64,000 nt of DNA from Syntrophomonadaceae bacterium (GTDB lineage: Bacteria; Bacteroidota; Ignavibacteria; Ignavibacteriales; SURF-24): NCBI GenBank assembly GCA_050259615.1, contig JBLNAZ010000082.1, forward strand, positions 23,374 through 87,373, given 5' to 3'. The first letter of the stretch is position 1. Every line of letters starts with the position of its first letter. Under the pieces are notes generated by a model that did no database searches, was not told where the DNA came from, and saw only the letters and a program-made list of their open reading frames with translations. The position numbers were made by a program, and so were the translations under genes. This document shows positions 36,880 through 46,225 of the stretch, piece after piece.

Positions 36880-38163
36880 TCAAATCAGCTTTAAGTTAGT
36901 GTTAAACCAATAGTTAATTTTGAAGAAAAGCCTGAGATCGTCTTTGTAAATACGGTTGTTCAGGTACTGTCCCTGGAGGTCAAAAGAAAGCGCCTTCCAC
37001 GGGCGCAGGTTGAATCCTGCCAGGACCGAGGTCAGGTTGTTCTTCGGATCATCCTTAGAAAGTTTGTATGAAGTATATGCCAGGCCTAATGACGGGGTAA
37101 GGAATCCGTCCATCATTGTATAGGCGCCGTATAAAGAAACTGCGTCCATCTCACCTGCATAGCCTAAATTCTTGCGGTAGCTGAGGCTGGCGTAATTGGT
37201 GTTCACACCGACAGTGATTCTCTGCGAATTGTCATCTTTATAGGTAACGTTTGCAAACTTTCCGAAAACTGTATACTGATTAAAGAACCTGTAATCCAAT
37301 CCGCCCTCGATTTCCTGAGTATTTCCGAAATCGAAAACAGAGAAAATTGAGTTATATCTGACCCTTGGTTCTCTATAGTTGTAATATAAATCAACTCCAA
37401 GATTTTCAATCTGTTCGTATCTTCCTGAAACTTCAAACTTCGAAGTCGTCTTGTAGTTCAGGTCGTAGTCATACCTGGTGTCGAGGCTGAACATATTCTC
37501 CTGGCGGTAGGATACATCAGCTGAAGCAAATTTGTACTGATTTGAATTGTTTTCAATCAGTACCTGCATCGGATTCATGTTGGCATCGAAACGTGTGGCA
37601 TAATAATCCAGAGGCTTGAAGTTCTTGTTTATATAACTTAAACCGATCTGAGTATTCTTAATAAAATTAGCGGTGAATTTGCCGCCAAGTATATAGTCGT
37701 CTTTCCAGTTCTTCGTGGTTTCAAACTTCTGATACGCAGGAGTATTTCCCCCGTAATATCCCGAAAGCTTAAAGCCGCTGTATCTTAAATCCATGTCAAC
37801 GCCGTCGAATACGCCGCCGCCGGCAATTGAGTTGAATATCGGCTGGCGTCCAATCTTTATAGTAGCAATATCAAATAAGTTTCTTCCTTCCAGATATAAA
37901 TTATAAAGCCTGAATCTCGGGTCATAATCCTGTTTCTTTGAAAGATCGGATTCGAGATTCATGTAAGAGCGTATAGAAAACTGTCCTTTGTTGATATTCA
38001 AATTGAGCATTTGATATGAGCGGACATTAGTATTAGAAACATCGGTTGTGTCGAATCGCTCAAACGTATAAATGGAAGACGAAAGTCTTCCATTTATATT
38101 TTGTGCAGAAATCAAAACAGGCAAACCGAGAAGCAATATACAGAATGATATAAATTTATTCAT
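36880..38163 (-). CDS. outer-membrane beta-barrel protein (porin component of a porin-cytochrome module, inferred)
   Basis: Signal peptide MNKFISFCILLLGLPVLISAQ. 427 aa, no Cys/haem motif, rich in Y/G/N/S with alternating hydrophobic pattern. It is embedded between cytochrome genes with 16-nt and 1-nt spacers. Confidence 0.75.
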   Translation of the reverse strand: MNKFISFCILLLGLPVLISAQNINGRLSSSIYTFERFDTTDVSNTNVRSYQMLNLNINKGQFSIRSYMNLESDLSKKQDYDPRFRLYNLYLEGRNLFDIATIKIGRQPIFNSIAGGGVFDGVDMDLRYSGFKLSGYYGGNTPAYQKFETTKNWKDDYILGGKFTANFIKNTQIGLSYINKNFKPLDYYATRFDANMNPMQVLIENNSNQYKFASADVSYRQENMFSLDTRYDYDLNYKTTSKFEVSGRYEQIENLGVDLYYNYREPRVRYNSIFSVFDFGNTQEIEGGLDYRFFNQYTVFGKFANVTYKDDNSQRITVGVNTNYASLSYRKNLGYAGEMDAVSLYGAYTMMDGFLTPSLGLAYTSYKLSKDDPKNNLTSVLAGFNLRPWKALSFDLQGQYLNNRIYKDDLRLFFKINYWFNTNLKLI

Positions 38164-38179
38164 TGCCTTCCCATTTAAA

Positions 38180-38746
38180 TTATTTAGTTTCTTTTGGAAC
38201 CATGTGACTTATTTTCGCCCAGAATTTGTCATATTCAAAGCCTGTGAACGTCGGGCTCTTTGAGTTATGGCAGCCTGTGCAGAATTTTTCCTTGTCCTTG
38301 TGAACTACCAGGCCTTTTGCCATGGCTTCTTCCTGATTCTTCATTACCTTCTGGTATTCCGAACCGGCGCCGTGGCAGGTTTCGCACTGAACGCCGTCTT
38401 CAACTTTGAATTTGGCACCCTTTAAAGAAGCATCAACATCGTATCCGCTTGCATGGCACTGAAGGCATTCTTTTGTCTCGGCAGCTTTAGTGGTAAAGCC
38501 CTTTTCTTTTGCTATCTTATCGGCTTTTTCTGTCTGAAGAGTTTTATAAGCTTCTGCGTGTTTTGAGCTCTGCCATATTGATAACTGTTTGCCCTGCTTT
38601 TCTGTCTTGTGGCACATACCGCACTTTTCCACACCAACGTATCCAAATTTCTTTGCGCTGGTGTCCTTGTCCTGGGCATTTGCAGTAACTGCAAACAGGC
38701 CTATCGATCCCAGAAGGACTGTACCAGCTAATAGTCTGTGTAACAT
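38180..38746 (-). CDS. periplasmic tetrahaem c-type cytochrome (cytochrome c554-like motifs)
   Basis: I prefer ATG 38746 (GGAGG 5 nt upstream) over the tracked TTG 38758. Signal peptide ...AVTANAQ. Haem motifs CGMCH, CLQCH, CETCH, CTGCH; C..CH......W.SSKHA pattern. Confidence 0.88.
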   Translation of the reverse strand: MLHRLLAGTVLLGSIGLFAVTANAQDKDTSAKKFGYVGVEKCGMCHKTEKQGKQLSIWQSSKHAEAYKTLQTEKADKIAKEKGFTTKAAETKECLQCHASGYDVDASLKGAKFKVEDGVQCETCHGAGSEYQKVMKNQEEAMAKGLVVHKDKEKFCTGCHNSKSPTFTGFEYDKFWAKISHMVPKETK

Positions 38747-38950
38747 TATAACCTCCAATTAATTAATGATGAGCATATATGATTTATTTAGTGTTCCCCA
38801 ATTATGTCACAGATGAGTCAAATCGTAAAAAAATGAGCTACAATATATTCAAATAACGGTTAAAGAAGCAATAAAATGATAATGGAATCCTTAAATATTA
38901 TTATCAAATTTCAGAACAAAATATAGTGGAAATTCTTTGCATAATAGCAA

Positions 38951-38975
38951 TACAGGCGATAGAAGATCGCCTGTA
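38951..38975. other. perfect 10-bp stem-loop inside the 311-nt AT-rich spacer of the cytochrome operon
   Basis: TACAGGCGAT (38951..38960), loop AGAAG, ATCGCCTGTA (38966..38975). TTTT follows on the plus strand only. Confidence 0.5.
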
Positions 38976-39057
38976 TTTTGGAATGTTTTATATTTAAAAA
39001 GAACATATGTATTAAAAGCTTCAGCACCTGGGGGGGAGGGAGGCTGAAAACTTTAAC

Positions 39058-41685
39058 TTATTTTACACTTTCCGGCTCGCTTTCCTGAATGTTGGCGAGT
39101 TCTTCGTTTCTTATTCTTTCAAGTTCACGCGGATGTTCACTTTCCATTTCTTCCTCTGTCAGGGTTCCCTTGATAAAGGCCTTGTTTAAAGGATAGACCT
39201 CAGGGTTGAAGATGATGTAGTAAAAATGCCATACTACAATTGCAAGTGTTGCAAGCCATGCTTCATAAAGGTGAACAAGGGTTGCAATGTCAAGCAGGAA
39301 CTTTGGCGCAATTTTAAGGAAATAAGTGTTGAACATGAGCAGTGCTCCTGTTGCGCTCATTACAATTACGCCCCAGACGAGAGCCCAGTATTCGGCTTTC
39401 TCCATATATGAGAAGCGTCCGAAGAATGGTTTCTCTTTGCTTATTCCTAAAAGGAACTTCACGTTAATCAAAACATCCTTTGCATCCTGGAGATTCGGCA
39501 GCATGTCCATGAACATGCGTCTGCCTCTTCTTGTGAATGCAAGGTAATATGTGTGATACAAAGAGACGGATACCATTGCAATACCGAAGAAACGGTGCGT
39601 GAGGCTTCTGATCTCAAAGGCGTTTTCACCTAAAATTGTTCTTACTACAGTTGCCCACCAGCTTTCAGGATATTTCAGGGCAAATCCTGAGAATACCAGA
39701 GTAATAAAGCTTGTAAGCATGATAAAGTGCTGAATGCGCTCGTTTACGCTCATTCTTAAGTAAACCTTACCTTCTTTTTTCAGCTTTTCAATTTCTTTGT
39801 GGTGTTTTTTCTTTTCCTGGCGTTTCCTGATAAGATCCAGAATGTTGTGAACGAGCATTCCTCCAATGATCACAATGATCATGACCAGGTAGCCCTTTGA
39901 AAGCCAGAAGAGGATAGGGGATTCACTTTCTGTACCTTTCAGGTGAACCTGCTTGAATTCAGCAGTCAGGTTTGCGCCGGGATGGCACTTTCCGCATGTT
40001 TCAGAAAGATTTTTATCATTAATATTTGAAGTAGGATCACTGCTCGGCTTTATATTGTGTGAGCCGTGGCAGCTTGAACAGTCGGCAGCATACTTTGATC
40101 CGCCCCGAACGGCAAGCCCATGGTAGCTATCCATATAGCTTGAAGCCTGTGCTGTGGGAAGGCCGAACTTCTTATTAAGCTTAACGTCTCCGTGGCAGCT
40201 TGAGCAGAGAATAACAACCTGCTTACCGTGGTTAACCTTGCTTAAGGGATTATCCTTGTCGAATATCTGGTGGTTACCGTGGCAGTTAATGCAAGTAGGG
40301 GCTTCCTTAACGCCTTTGCTGACAGCCACTCCGTGCACGCTCTGGTTATAAACGCTTGCAATTGAAGCGTGGCATTCAGGGCTGCTTCCGCAGTTTTTGG
40401 CAATGTTCATCTTGTTGGTTTTTGAACTAGCCATTGATGCATTCTGCATCAGGTGGCCGCCATGGCAGTTGGAGCATGTAGGCGCCTTGTCGTTACCGTT
40501 TTTAAGAGCGATATAGTGAGCTGACTTTTCATATGCCATAACGTCAGTTGAAGGTCTTCCTGTCAGTTTAACAACTTCGGGATTCTTAACGTGGCAGTTG
40601 TAGCATACGTCCTTTTCAGTTACTTTGCCCAGCTTGTTGTCCTTATCCTGAATTGAGTGGATGGTATGTTCACCATGGCAGTCAACGCAGCTTGGTGCAA
40701 CAGCAAGACCCTTTGCAAAAGCCATTCCGTGAGCCGACTTTTTATAATCTTTCAGTATATCGGCATGGCACTTTCCGCACGTGCTAGGAATATTCTCGCG
40801 CGATGTAAGTGCTTTTGAAGCATTCGTTCCCATGATCATATGATCGCCGTGGCAATCGATGCATGTGGCAGCTTCCTTGCCTTTAGTACCCTTGGAGTGA
40901 ATGCTTGTTACGTAGTTCTTAACAAAACCGACTAACTCTGTTTTGCCTGCAGAAGCGAACTTTGAGGTGTTCAGGTGGCATTTAAGGCACGCCTGTGAAG
41001 AAATTGAGTATTTGCTGTTATAAACTTCGTGAGCACCGTGGCAGCTGACACAGCCCGGAGTATTGGAATCTTTAGCCAGCTTGTGAATGCTCTTTGCAAA
41101 TTCTCCCTGAATCTGCTGATGACAGGTTGCACACAGCTTCTCTTCGCTGTTTTTATCGAATTTTGCAGCCTGGATCTGGTGCGCCGACTTGTTATGGCAG
41201 TCGGTACAGATTGGAGCCTTTGTTTTGGCTAAGAATTTCTGGTAATGAACGCTTTTTTTGTAAGAGGCAACAGAAGCAGATTTATGACATTTAATGCACA
41301 AATCCGCTTCTGATTTTTTTACACTTGCAGCGCTCGTTATCTGATGTTTTGTATGGCAGCTGTAGCATTCAACATTTTTCTGGGCGTGAATGCTTTTAGA
41401 AAAGACCTGAGTATCGTGGCATTGTGCACAATCAACTTTCGCAATGTCCTTGCCTTCTTTATGAGGAATATTATCAGCATCAAAGCCGGCATGGCAGTCG
41501 GTACATTCAATATCAGCGTGAACGGATTTCTTAAAACCATCGTTGTCAACATAAAGAGAAACTGCTTTCCCGTTTCTCTCTGTTGTTAATTCTTTATCGC
41601 TATGGCAGTCAATACATGGAGTTTTTGTCTGAGCCACGGCAAAGGAACTGGATAGGGCAAGGAACAGAGCTAGAAAAAGCCTCAT
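39058..41685 (-). CDS. inner-membrane multihaem c-type / di-haem b-type fusion cytochrome (CbcL-like quinol oxidoreductase)
   Basis: Start moved to ATG 41685 (AGGAG upstream; signal peptide MRLFLALFLALSSSFAVAQ; avoids overlap with rrf2). I counted 18 CxxCH by hand, mostly as S[VI]H...CxxCH pairs, plus one CGSSPECH. The C-terminal ~270 aa has 5 hydrophobic helices with conserved His (ERIQHF, THRFFG...LYH, LVHLYEAW...VWH) like FdnI/HydC b-type subunits. Confidence 0.85.
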   Translation of the reverse strand: MRLFLALFLALSSSFAVAQTKTPCIDCHSDKELTTERNGKAVSLYVDNDGFKKSVHADIECTDCHAGFDADNIPHKEGKDIAKVDCAQCHDTQVFSKSIHAQKNVECYSCHTKHQITSAASVKKSEADLCIKCHKSASVASYKKSVHYQKFLAKTKAPICTDCHNKSAHQIQAAKFDKNSEEKLCATCHQQIQGEFAKSIHKLAKDSNTPGCVSCHGAHEVYNSKYSISSQACLKCHLNTSKFASAGKTELVGFVKNYVTSIHSKGTKGKEAATCIDCHGDHMIMGTNASKALTSRENIPSTCGKCHADILKDYKKSAHGMAFAKGLAVAPSCVDCHGEHTIHSIQDKDNKLGKVTEKDVCYNCHVKNPEVVKLTGRPSTDVMAYEKSAHYIALKNGNDKAPTCSNCHGGHLMQNASMASSKTNKMNIAKNCGSSPECHASIASVYNQSVHGVAVSKGVKEAPTCINCHGNHQIFDKDNPLSKVNHGKQVVILCSSCHGDVKLNKKFGLPTAQASSYMDSYHGLAVRGGSKYAADCSSCHGSHNIKPSSDPTSNINDKNLSETCGKCHPGANLTAEFKQVHLKGTESESPILFWLSKGYLVMIIVIIGGMLVHNILDLIRKRQEKKKHHKEIEKLKKEGKVYLRMSVNERIQHFIMLTSFITLVFSGFALKYPESWWATVVRTILGENAFEIRSLTHRFFGIAMVSVSLYHTYYLAFTRRGRRMFMDMLPNLQDAKDVLINVKFLLGISKEKPFFGRFSYMEKAEYWALVWGVIVMSATGALLMFNTYFLKIAPKFLLDIATLVHLYEAWLATLAIVVWHFYYIIFNPEVYPLNKAFIKGTLTEEEMESEHPRELERIRNEELANIQESEPESVK

Positions 41686-41708
41686 AAGTAACCACTCCTG
41701 AAAAGGGA

Positions 41709-42137
41709 TTATTTGTTTTTGTTCAATGTCTCGGCATATTTTTCTGCTACCTCCTGTACTGATTTGCTTGAAACCAACTGATAAATCCTGTCCCTGACCT
41801 GAGCCCATTCTTCATGTAAAGGGCATGGGTTTTCTTCTGAGCATTCCTTGAGCCCTGTAACGCATTTAAGGTTAATAACAGGCCCTTCAACTCTTTCAAC
41901 AATTTCAAGGATAGAACTTTTCATAGCTAAATCAGTAATCTGGAATCCGCCGCCTCTTCCCTTAAAAGAATCGACGTAACCATATTTTGCCATTCTCTGC
42001 AGAATTTTTGCCAGATAATGTGCCGGAATGTCCTCGCTTTTGGCTATTTCCGAAGACATAATCAGACTTTCTTTAGGCTGCCTGGCTAGAAAAAGAATAG
42101 CACGGATAGCATACTCACCCGTTTTTGTGTAAATCAT
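41709..42137 (-). CDS. Rrf2-family transcriptional regulator with IscR-like cluster ligands
   Basis: N-terminal wHTH (GEYAIRAILFLARQ...SSEIAKSEDIPAHYLAKILQRM) and C-x6-C-x5-C-x2-H (CVTGLKECSEENPCPLH). It is the first gene of the cytochrome operon, 23 nt before the next start. Confidence 0.88.
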   Translation of the reverse strand: MIYTKTGEYAIRAILFLARQPKESLIMSSEIAKSEDIPAHYLAKILQRMAKYGYVDSFKGRGGGFQITDLAMKSSILEIVERVEGPVINLKCVTGLKECSEENPCPLHEEWAQVRDRIYQLVSSKSVQEVAEKYAETLNKNK

Positions 42138-42395
42138 AAAGTTTCCCCAAATTTTTGAATGATAAATGAGTGGTTAAAATAGATCTCAATGTCCGGAATA
42201 AAATTAGATATAAAAATACATTTTGTCAACTTTCTCATTTCATTATTTCAAAGAATCGGAGAAACTAACTGCATGCAACAATAATTATACCATGGGGCTT
42301 ATTTTGGAAAATGTTGAAATTATTTACTTTTGCGTGAAATTATTCCTAAAAATGATAAGAATATTTTCTCAAATGCCTATAAATTCAACATTTAA

Positions 42396-43019
42396 CTAAA
42401 GGTAGATATATTCGTTTTTATCCAGTATTTGAACTTTTCCGCTGAGTGTTTCGTTGAAGAAGTTAATTAAGCGGGGCAGGCCGATGGGCGTCACCAGGCA
42501 TTCAAGGCTTACTTTATCCTCGTAGTAAGTGTTAAGTATTTTTGAGGTTACTTTCGACAAAGCATGGTGAACATGGCTGATTAGCTGGAAATCGGACGTA
42601 ATGAGTATCTTTTTATAGCACGTTTTTTTAATAACCTGGGCATTTTCAAGGGCTGTAAAAGCAGAGTTGTAGTAAGCTTTACCTAAAGGACCTACCCCGA
42701 GCTTTGTGCCTCCGAAATACCGGATGCTTACGACGATGAGGTTATTAAGCGAAAAATGCTGTATAGCGTTCAGAATTCTTATTCCGGCGGTGCCTGTGGG
42801 TTCCCCGGCATCGGAATATTTGGTTTCGCTGTTTGCAAGGCTGTAAGCATAGCAGTGGTGCGTGGCATCGTAATATTTCTTCCGGGTGGCCTCAAGATGT
42901 GCCATGGCTTCATCCTCACTGCCTGCAGGATAGCATTGTCCTATAAAAAGGGAGCCTTTTTCTTTGAATTTCGACTCTGAAAACTCTTTTATTGTTAAGA
43001 ATTCTTCAGGGAACTGCAT
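42396..43019 (-). CDS. YigZ/IMPACT-family protein (UPF0029)
   Basis: ATHHCYAY and SDAGEPTGTAG motifs typical of the IMPACT N-terminal domain. 207 aa. Confidence 0.8.
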   Translation of the reverse strand: MQFPEEFLTIKEFSESKFKEKGSLFIGQCYPAGSEDEAMAHLEATRKKYYDATHHCYAYSLANSETKYSDAGEPTGTAGIRILNAIQHFSLNNLIVVSIRYFGGTKLGVGPLGKAYYNSAFTALENAQVIKKTCYKKILITSDFQLISHVHHALSKVTSKILNTYYEDKVSLECLVTPIGLPRLINFFNETLSGKVQILDKNEYIYL

Positions 43020-43118
43020 CGTTTGTACCTGATTTATGCACTAAATAAATTTGATTTTCAATAAAGCGATACTTAATATAACATTTTAAATTAAAAAATT
43101 TGAACCAAAGAATAGAAA

Positions 43119-45944
43119 ATGGATTTTCAGAATAAGATTATAATAAAGGGTGCCAGAGAACATAACTTAAAAAATATCGACTTAGAATTCCCTCGTGATT
43201 CCTTCGTGGTTATTACCGGACTTTCGGGTTCCGGCAAGTCCAGTCTCGCTTTTGACACAATTTATGCTGAAGGGCAGAGAAGATATATTGAATCTCTTTC
43301 ATCTTACGCCAGACAATTTTTAGACCAGCTCGAAAAACCTGACGTGGACCTAATTGAAGGCCTGAGCCCGGCAATTTCAATTGAGCAGAAGGCAACTTCC
43401 GGAAGCCCCAGAAGTACCGTTGGCACAGTTACAGAAATTTATGACTACTTAAGGCTTCTTTTTGCAAGGCTTGGCATTCCGCACTGCTATAACTGCGGGC
43501 GCCCGGTTACAAAACAGTCAGCCGAGCAGATGGTGGATTCAATTCTTGAGGGGCAGGACGGAAAGAAAATACAGGTGCTTGCACCCGTTGTAAGGGGTAG
43601 AAAAGGCCATTACAGAGAGCTTTTTGAAGAAATTGCAGCCGACGGATTCCTTAGGGTGAGGGTTGACGGCGAACTCTTTGAAATTACCAAGGGCTTCCAG
43701 GTAGACCGTTATAAACTTCACAACATCGAAATTCTAATAGACCGCCTGAAAGTAGACAGCAAGTCGAGAGCCAGGGTGGCAGAATCCGTGGAAGTTGCGC
43801 TTAATTACGGCTCGGGCAGCGTTATTGTTAATGACGGGGCGGAAGACTTTATCTTCAGCCGAAACCTTGCCTGTCTGCACTGCGGACTCAGCTTCCAGGA
43901 GCTTGCTCCTAATTCATTCTCTTTTAACTCTCCTTATGGATACTGCCCCGACTGCGACGGCCTCGGGGAGAAAAAAGAGCTGGATATCGATATGATAGTC
44001 CCGGACTGGGATAAATCAATTAACGAGGAGGGTCTGGCGCCATTGGGAAAACCGCGCCAGATATGGTTCTATAATCAGGTTAAGGGTGTAGCCGACCTTT
44101 ACGGCTTCAATTACGACACAAAACTCAAAGACCTTACCCAGCCTCAGAAAGATGTTCTTTTGTACGGGACAAAAGATAAGGTGCCTTTTACCTACACTTT
44201 CGGCGGCGGAAGAACTGTAACTTATGTCCATAAGTACTCGGGCGTGGTAAATTATGTAAAGCACTACTACGATACCACAACGTCTCCTAAGATAAGGGAA
44301 TGGGCCGAGTCATTTATGAACACGCTTCCGTGCCGTACGTGTAACGGCGGAAGGCTGAAGAAAGAATCGCTTTCTGTTACATTTAAGGATATGAATATCA
44401 GCCAGGTGACTTCTCTTTCAATCAGAAAAGCGCTCGATTTCTTTAACAATGTTAATCTCAAAGGCCGCGAAGGGATTATTGCCCATCAGATCTTAAAGGA
44501 AATTACATCGCGCCTGCAGTTCCTGTTAAACGTTGGGCTGGATTACCTTACTTTAGACCGCTCAGCCCGAACGCTCTCAGGCGGGGAGACGCAGCGCATC
44601 CGCCTGGCAACCCAGATCGGAAGCCAGCTTGCCGGAGTGCTCTACGTTCTGGATGAACCCTCAATAGGACTTCATCAGAGCGATAACATAAAGCTGATCA
44701 ATTCGCTGAAAAACCTGAGAAACCTGGGCAATACGGTAGTTGTGGTTGAACACGACAGGGAGACCATGGAAAGTTCGGACTATATAGTCGACCTTGGCCC
44801 CAGAGCCGGCGTTCACGGAGGAGAAGTCTGCCTTTCAGGTGAAACTAAAAAGATCGTTAATTCAAAAAACGGTTTTGAGTCGCTTACCTTAAAGTACCTG
44901 AAAGATGAAATCAGAATTGAAATTCCTGAGGTAAGAAGGAATGGCAACGGGCATTATCTTGAAATAAGAAAGGCTGCGGGCAATAACCTTAAAGAGGTTG
45001 ATCTTAAAATTCCTCTTGGCACTTTTACAGCAATATCGGGCGTCAGCGGGTCTGGCAAATCCTCACTTATAAATGAAACGCTCGTCAGAATACTGATGAA
45101 GAAGATCTATAAATCAAAGATCATTCCGCTTCCGCACCAGGATGTGCTGGGTCTTGAAAACATAGACAAGGTGATTGAAATAGACCAGTCTCCAATTGGA
45201 AGAACCCCGAGGTCGAACCCCGCAACATACACGGGCGTGTTTACACATATCAGGGATCTTTTTGCACAGCTTCCTGAAAGCAAGATGAGGGGCTATGCTG
45301 TGGGGCGCTTCAGCTTTAACGTCTCAGGCGGCAGGTGCGAGGAGTGCCAGGGCGACGGCTTAAAGAAAATTGAAATGAATTTTCTGCCCGACGTTTACGT
45401 TGAATGCGACGTCTGCCACGGCAAGCGCTACAACAGGGAAACACTTGAAGTTCTCTATAAAACCAAGTCGATTGCCGACGTGCTGGCAATGACAGTTGAA
45501 GAAGCTTTAACATTCTTTGAGGACCTGCCGAGAATAAAAAGAAAAATCCAGTCGATCTACGACGTCGGTCTGGGATACATAACCTTAGGCCAGCAGGCAA
45601 CCACCTTATCCGGCGGAGAAGCCCAGAGGGTAAAGCTTGCAACAGAGCTCAGTAAGGTTGGTACAGGTAAAACAATTTACGTTCTTGATGAACCCACAAC
45701 CGGGCTGCATTTTGAAGACGTACGGATTCTGCTTGGAGTATTGAACAAGCTGGTGGAAAAAGGCAACACTGTTGTAGTTGTTGAGCACAACCTGGACGTA
45801 ATAAAAGTTGCCGATCATGTAATAGATTTAGGTCCCGGAGGCGGCGAGTACGGCGGCGAAATTGTAGCCTACGGCACGCCCGAGGAAGTTGCGGATAATC
45901 CGAAGAGCCTTACGGGAGAATATCTTAAAAAAGAGTTAAAGTAA
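43119..45944 (+). CDS. uvrA: excinuclease ABC subunit A
   Basis: 941 aa. Two ABC modules (Walker [10 protein letters not shown] and GVSGSGKSS; signature LSGGE twice), zinc-finger Cys pairs (CYNCG, CLHCG...CPDC, CEEC...CDVCHG). Confidence 0.95.
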   Translation: MDFQNKIIIKGAREHNLKNIDLEFPRDSFVVITGLSGSGKSSLAFDTIYAEGQRRYIESLSSYARQFLDQLEKPDVDLIEGLSPAISIEQKATSGSPRSTVGTVTEIYDYLRLLFARLGIPHCYNCGRPVTKQSAEQMVDSILEGQDGKKIQVLAPVVRGRKGHYRELFEEIAADGFLRVRVDGELFEITKGFQVDRYKLHNIEILIDRLKVDSKSRARVAESVEVALNYGSGSVIVNDGAEDFIFSRNLACLHCGLSFQELAPNSFSFNSPYGYCPDCDGLGEKKELDIDMIVPDWDKSINEEGLAPLGKPRQIWFYNQVKGVADLYGFNYDTKLKDLTQPQKDVLLYGTKDKVPFTYTFGGGRTVTYVHKYSGVVNYVKHYYDTTTSPKIREWAESFMNTLPCRTCNGGRLKKESLSVTFKDMNISQVTSLSIRKALDFFNNVNLKGREGIIAHQILKEITSRLQFLLNVGLDYLTLDRSARTLSGGETQRIRLATQIGSQLAGVLYVLDEPSIGLHQSDNIKLINSLKNLRNLGNTVVVVEHDRETMESSDYIVDLGPRAGVHGGEVCLSGETKKIVNSKNGFESLTLKYLKDEIRIEIPEVRRNGNGHYLEIRKAAGNNLKEVDLKIPLGTFTAISGVSGSGKSSLINETLVRILMKKIYKSKIIPLPHQDVLGLENIDKVIEIDQSPIGRTPRSNPATYTGVFTHIRDLFAQLPESKMRGYAVGRFSFNVSGGRCEECQGDGLKKIEMNFLPDVYVECDVCHGKRYNRETLEVLYKTKSIADVLAMTVEEALTFFEDLPRIKRKIQSIYDVGLGYITLGQQATTLSGGEAQRVKLATELSKVGTGKTIYVLDEPTTGLHFEDVRILLGVLNKLVEKGNTVVVVEHNLDVIKVADHVIDLGPGGGEYGGEIVAYGTPEEVADNPKSLTGEYLKKELK

Positions 45945-46225
45945 ATTTCCTGAATCCGTATTTTATCATTTCCGTTTCTCATTTTTGTCAGGCAGGGCAG
46001 TTAGTCTGCTCTGCCTGCAGGTAGACCCTCCTTAAAAAATCAGACTTTTATTTTTTTACCCCGATACATTATCTGGTCCTATTGCTTTTCAGAATACCAA
46101 AAGCTAACTTGTTTTTAACCGGTTTATTCTTCACAATATAATGATAGTACTTACATTATCCTTTGACAGCCGGGTATCCGGATAAGAAAAGGGCAACTTA
46201 AAAAAGTCATTAAAGGAGAGGTATA

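Noticed and set aside
39027-39045. G-rich tract GGGGGGGAGGGAGG as a possible G-quadruplex
   Set aside because: It offers only about three usable G-runs in one short tract, and it is C-rich on the transcribed strand. That is insufficient for a canonical four-tract G4, so I note it only as part of the spacer finding.
41686-41808. N-terminal 41-codon extension of the tracked ORF 39058..41808, which would overlap the 3-prime end of the Rrf2 gene
   Set aside because: The extension (MGSGQGQDLSVGFKQ...) has no signal-peptide character. A classic signal peptide starts at the internal ATG 41685, which also has AGGAG upstream. The extension is simply open sequence in another frame of the rrf2 3-prime end.
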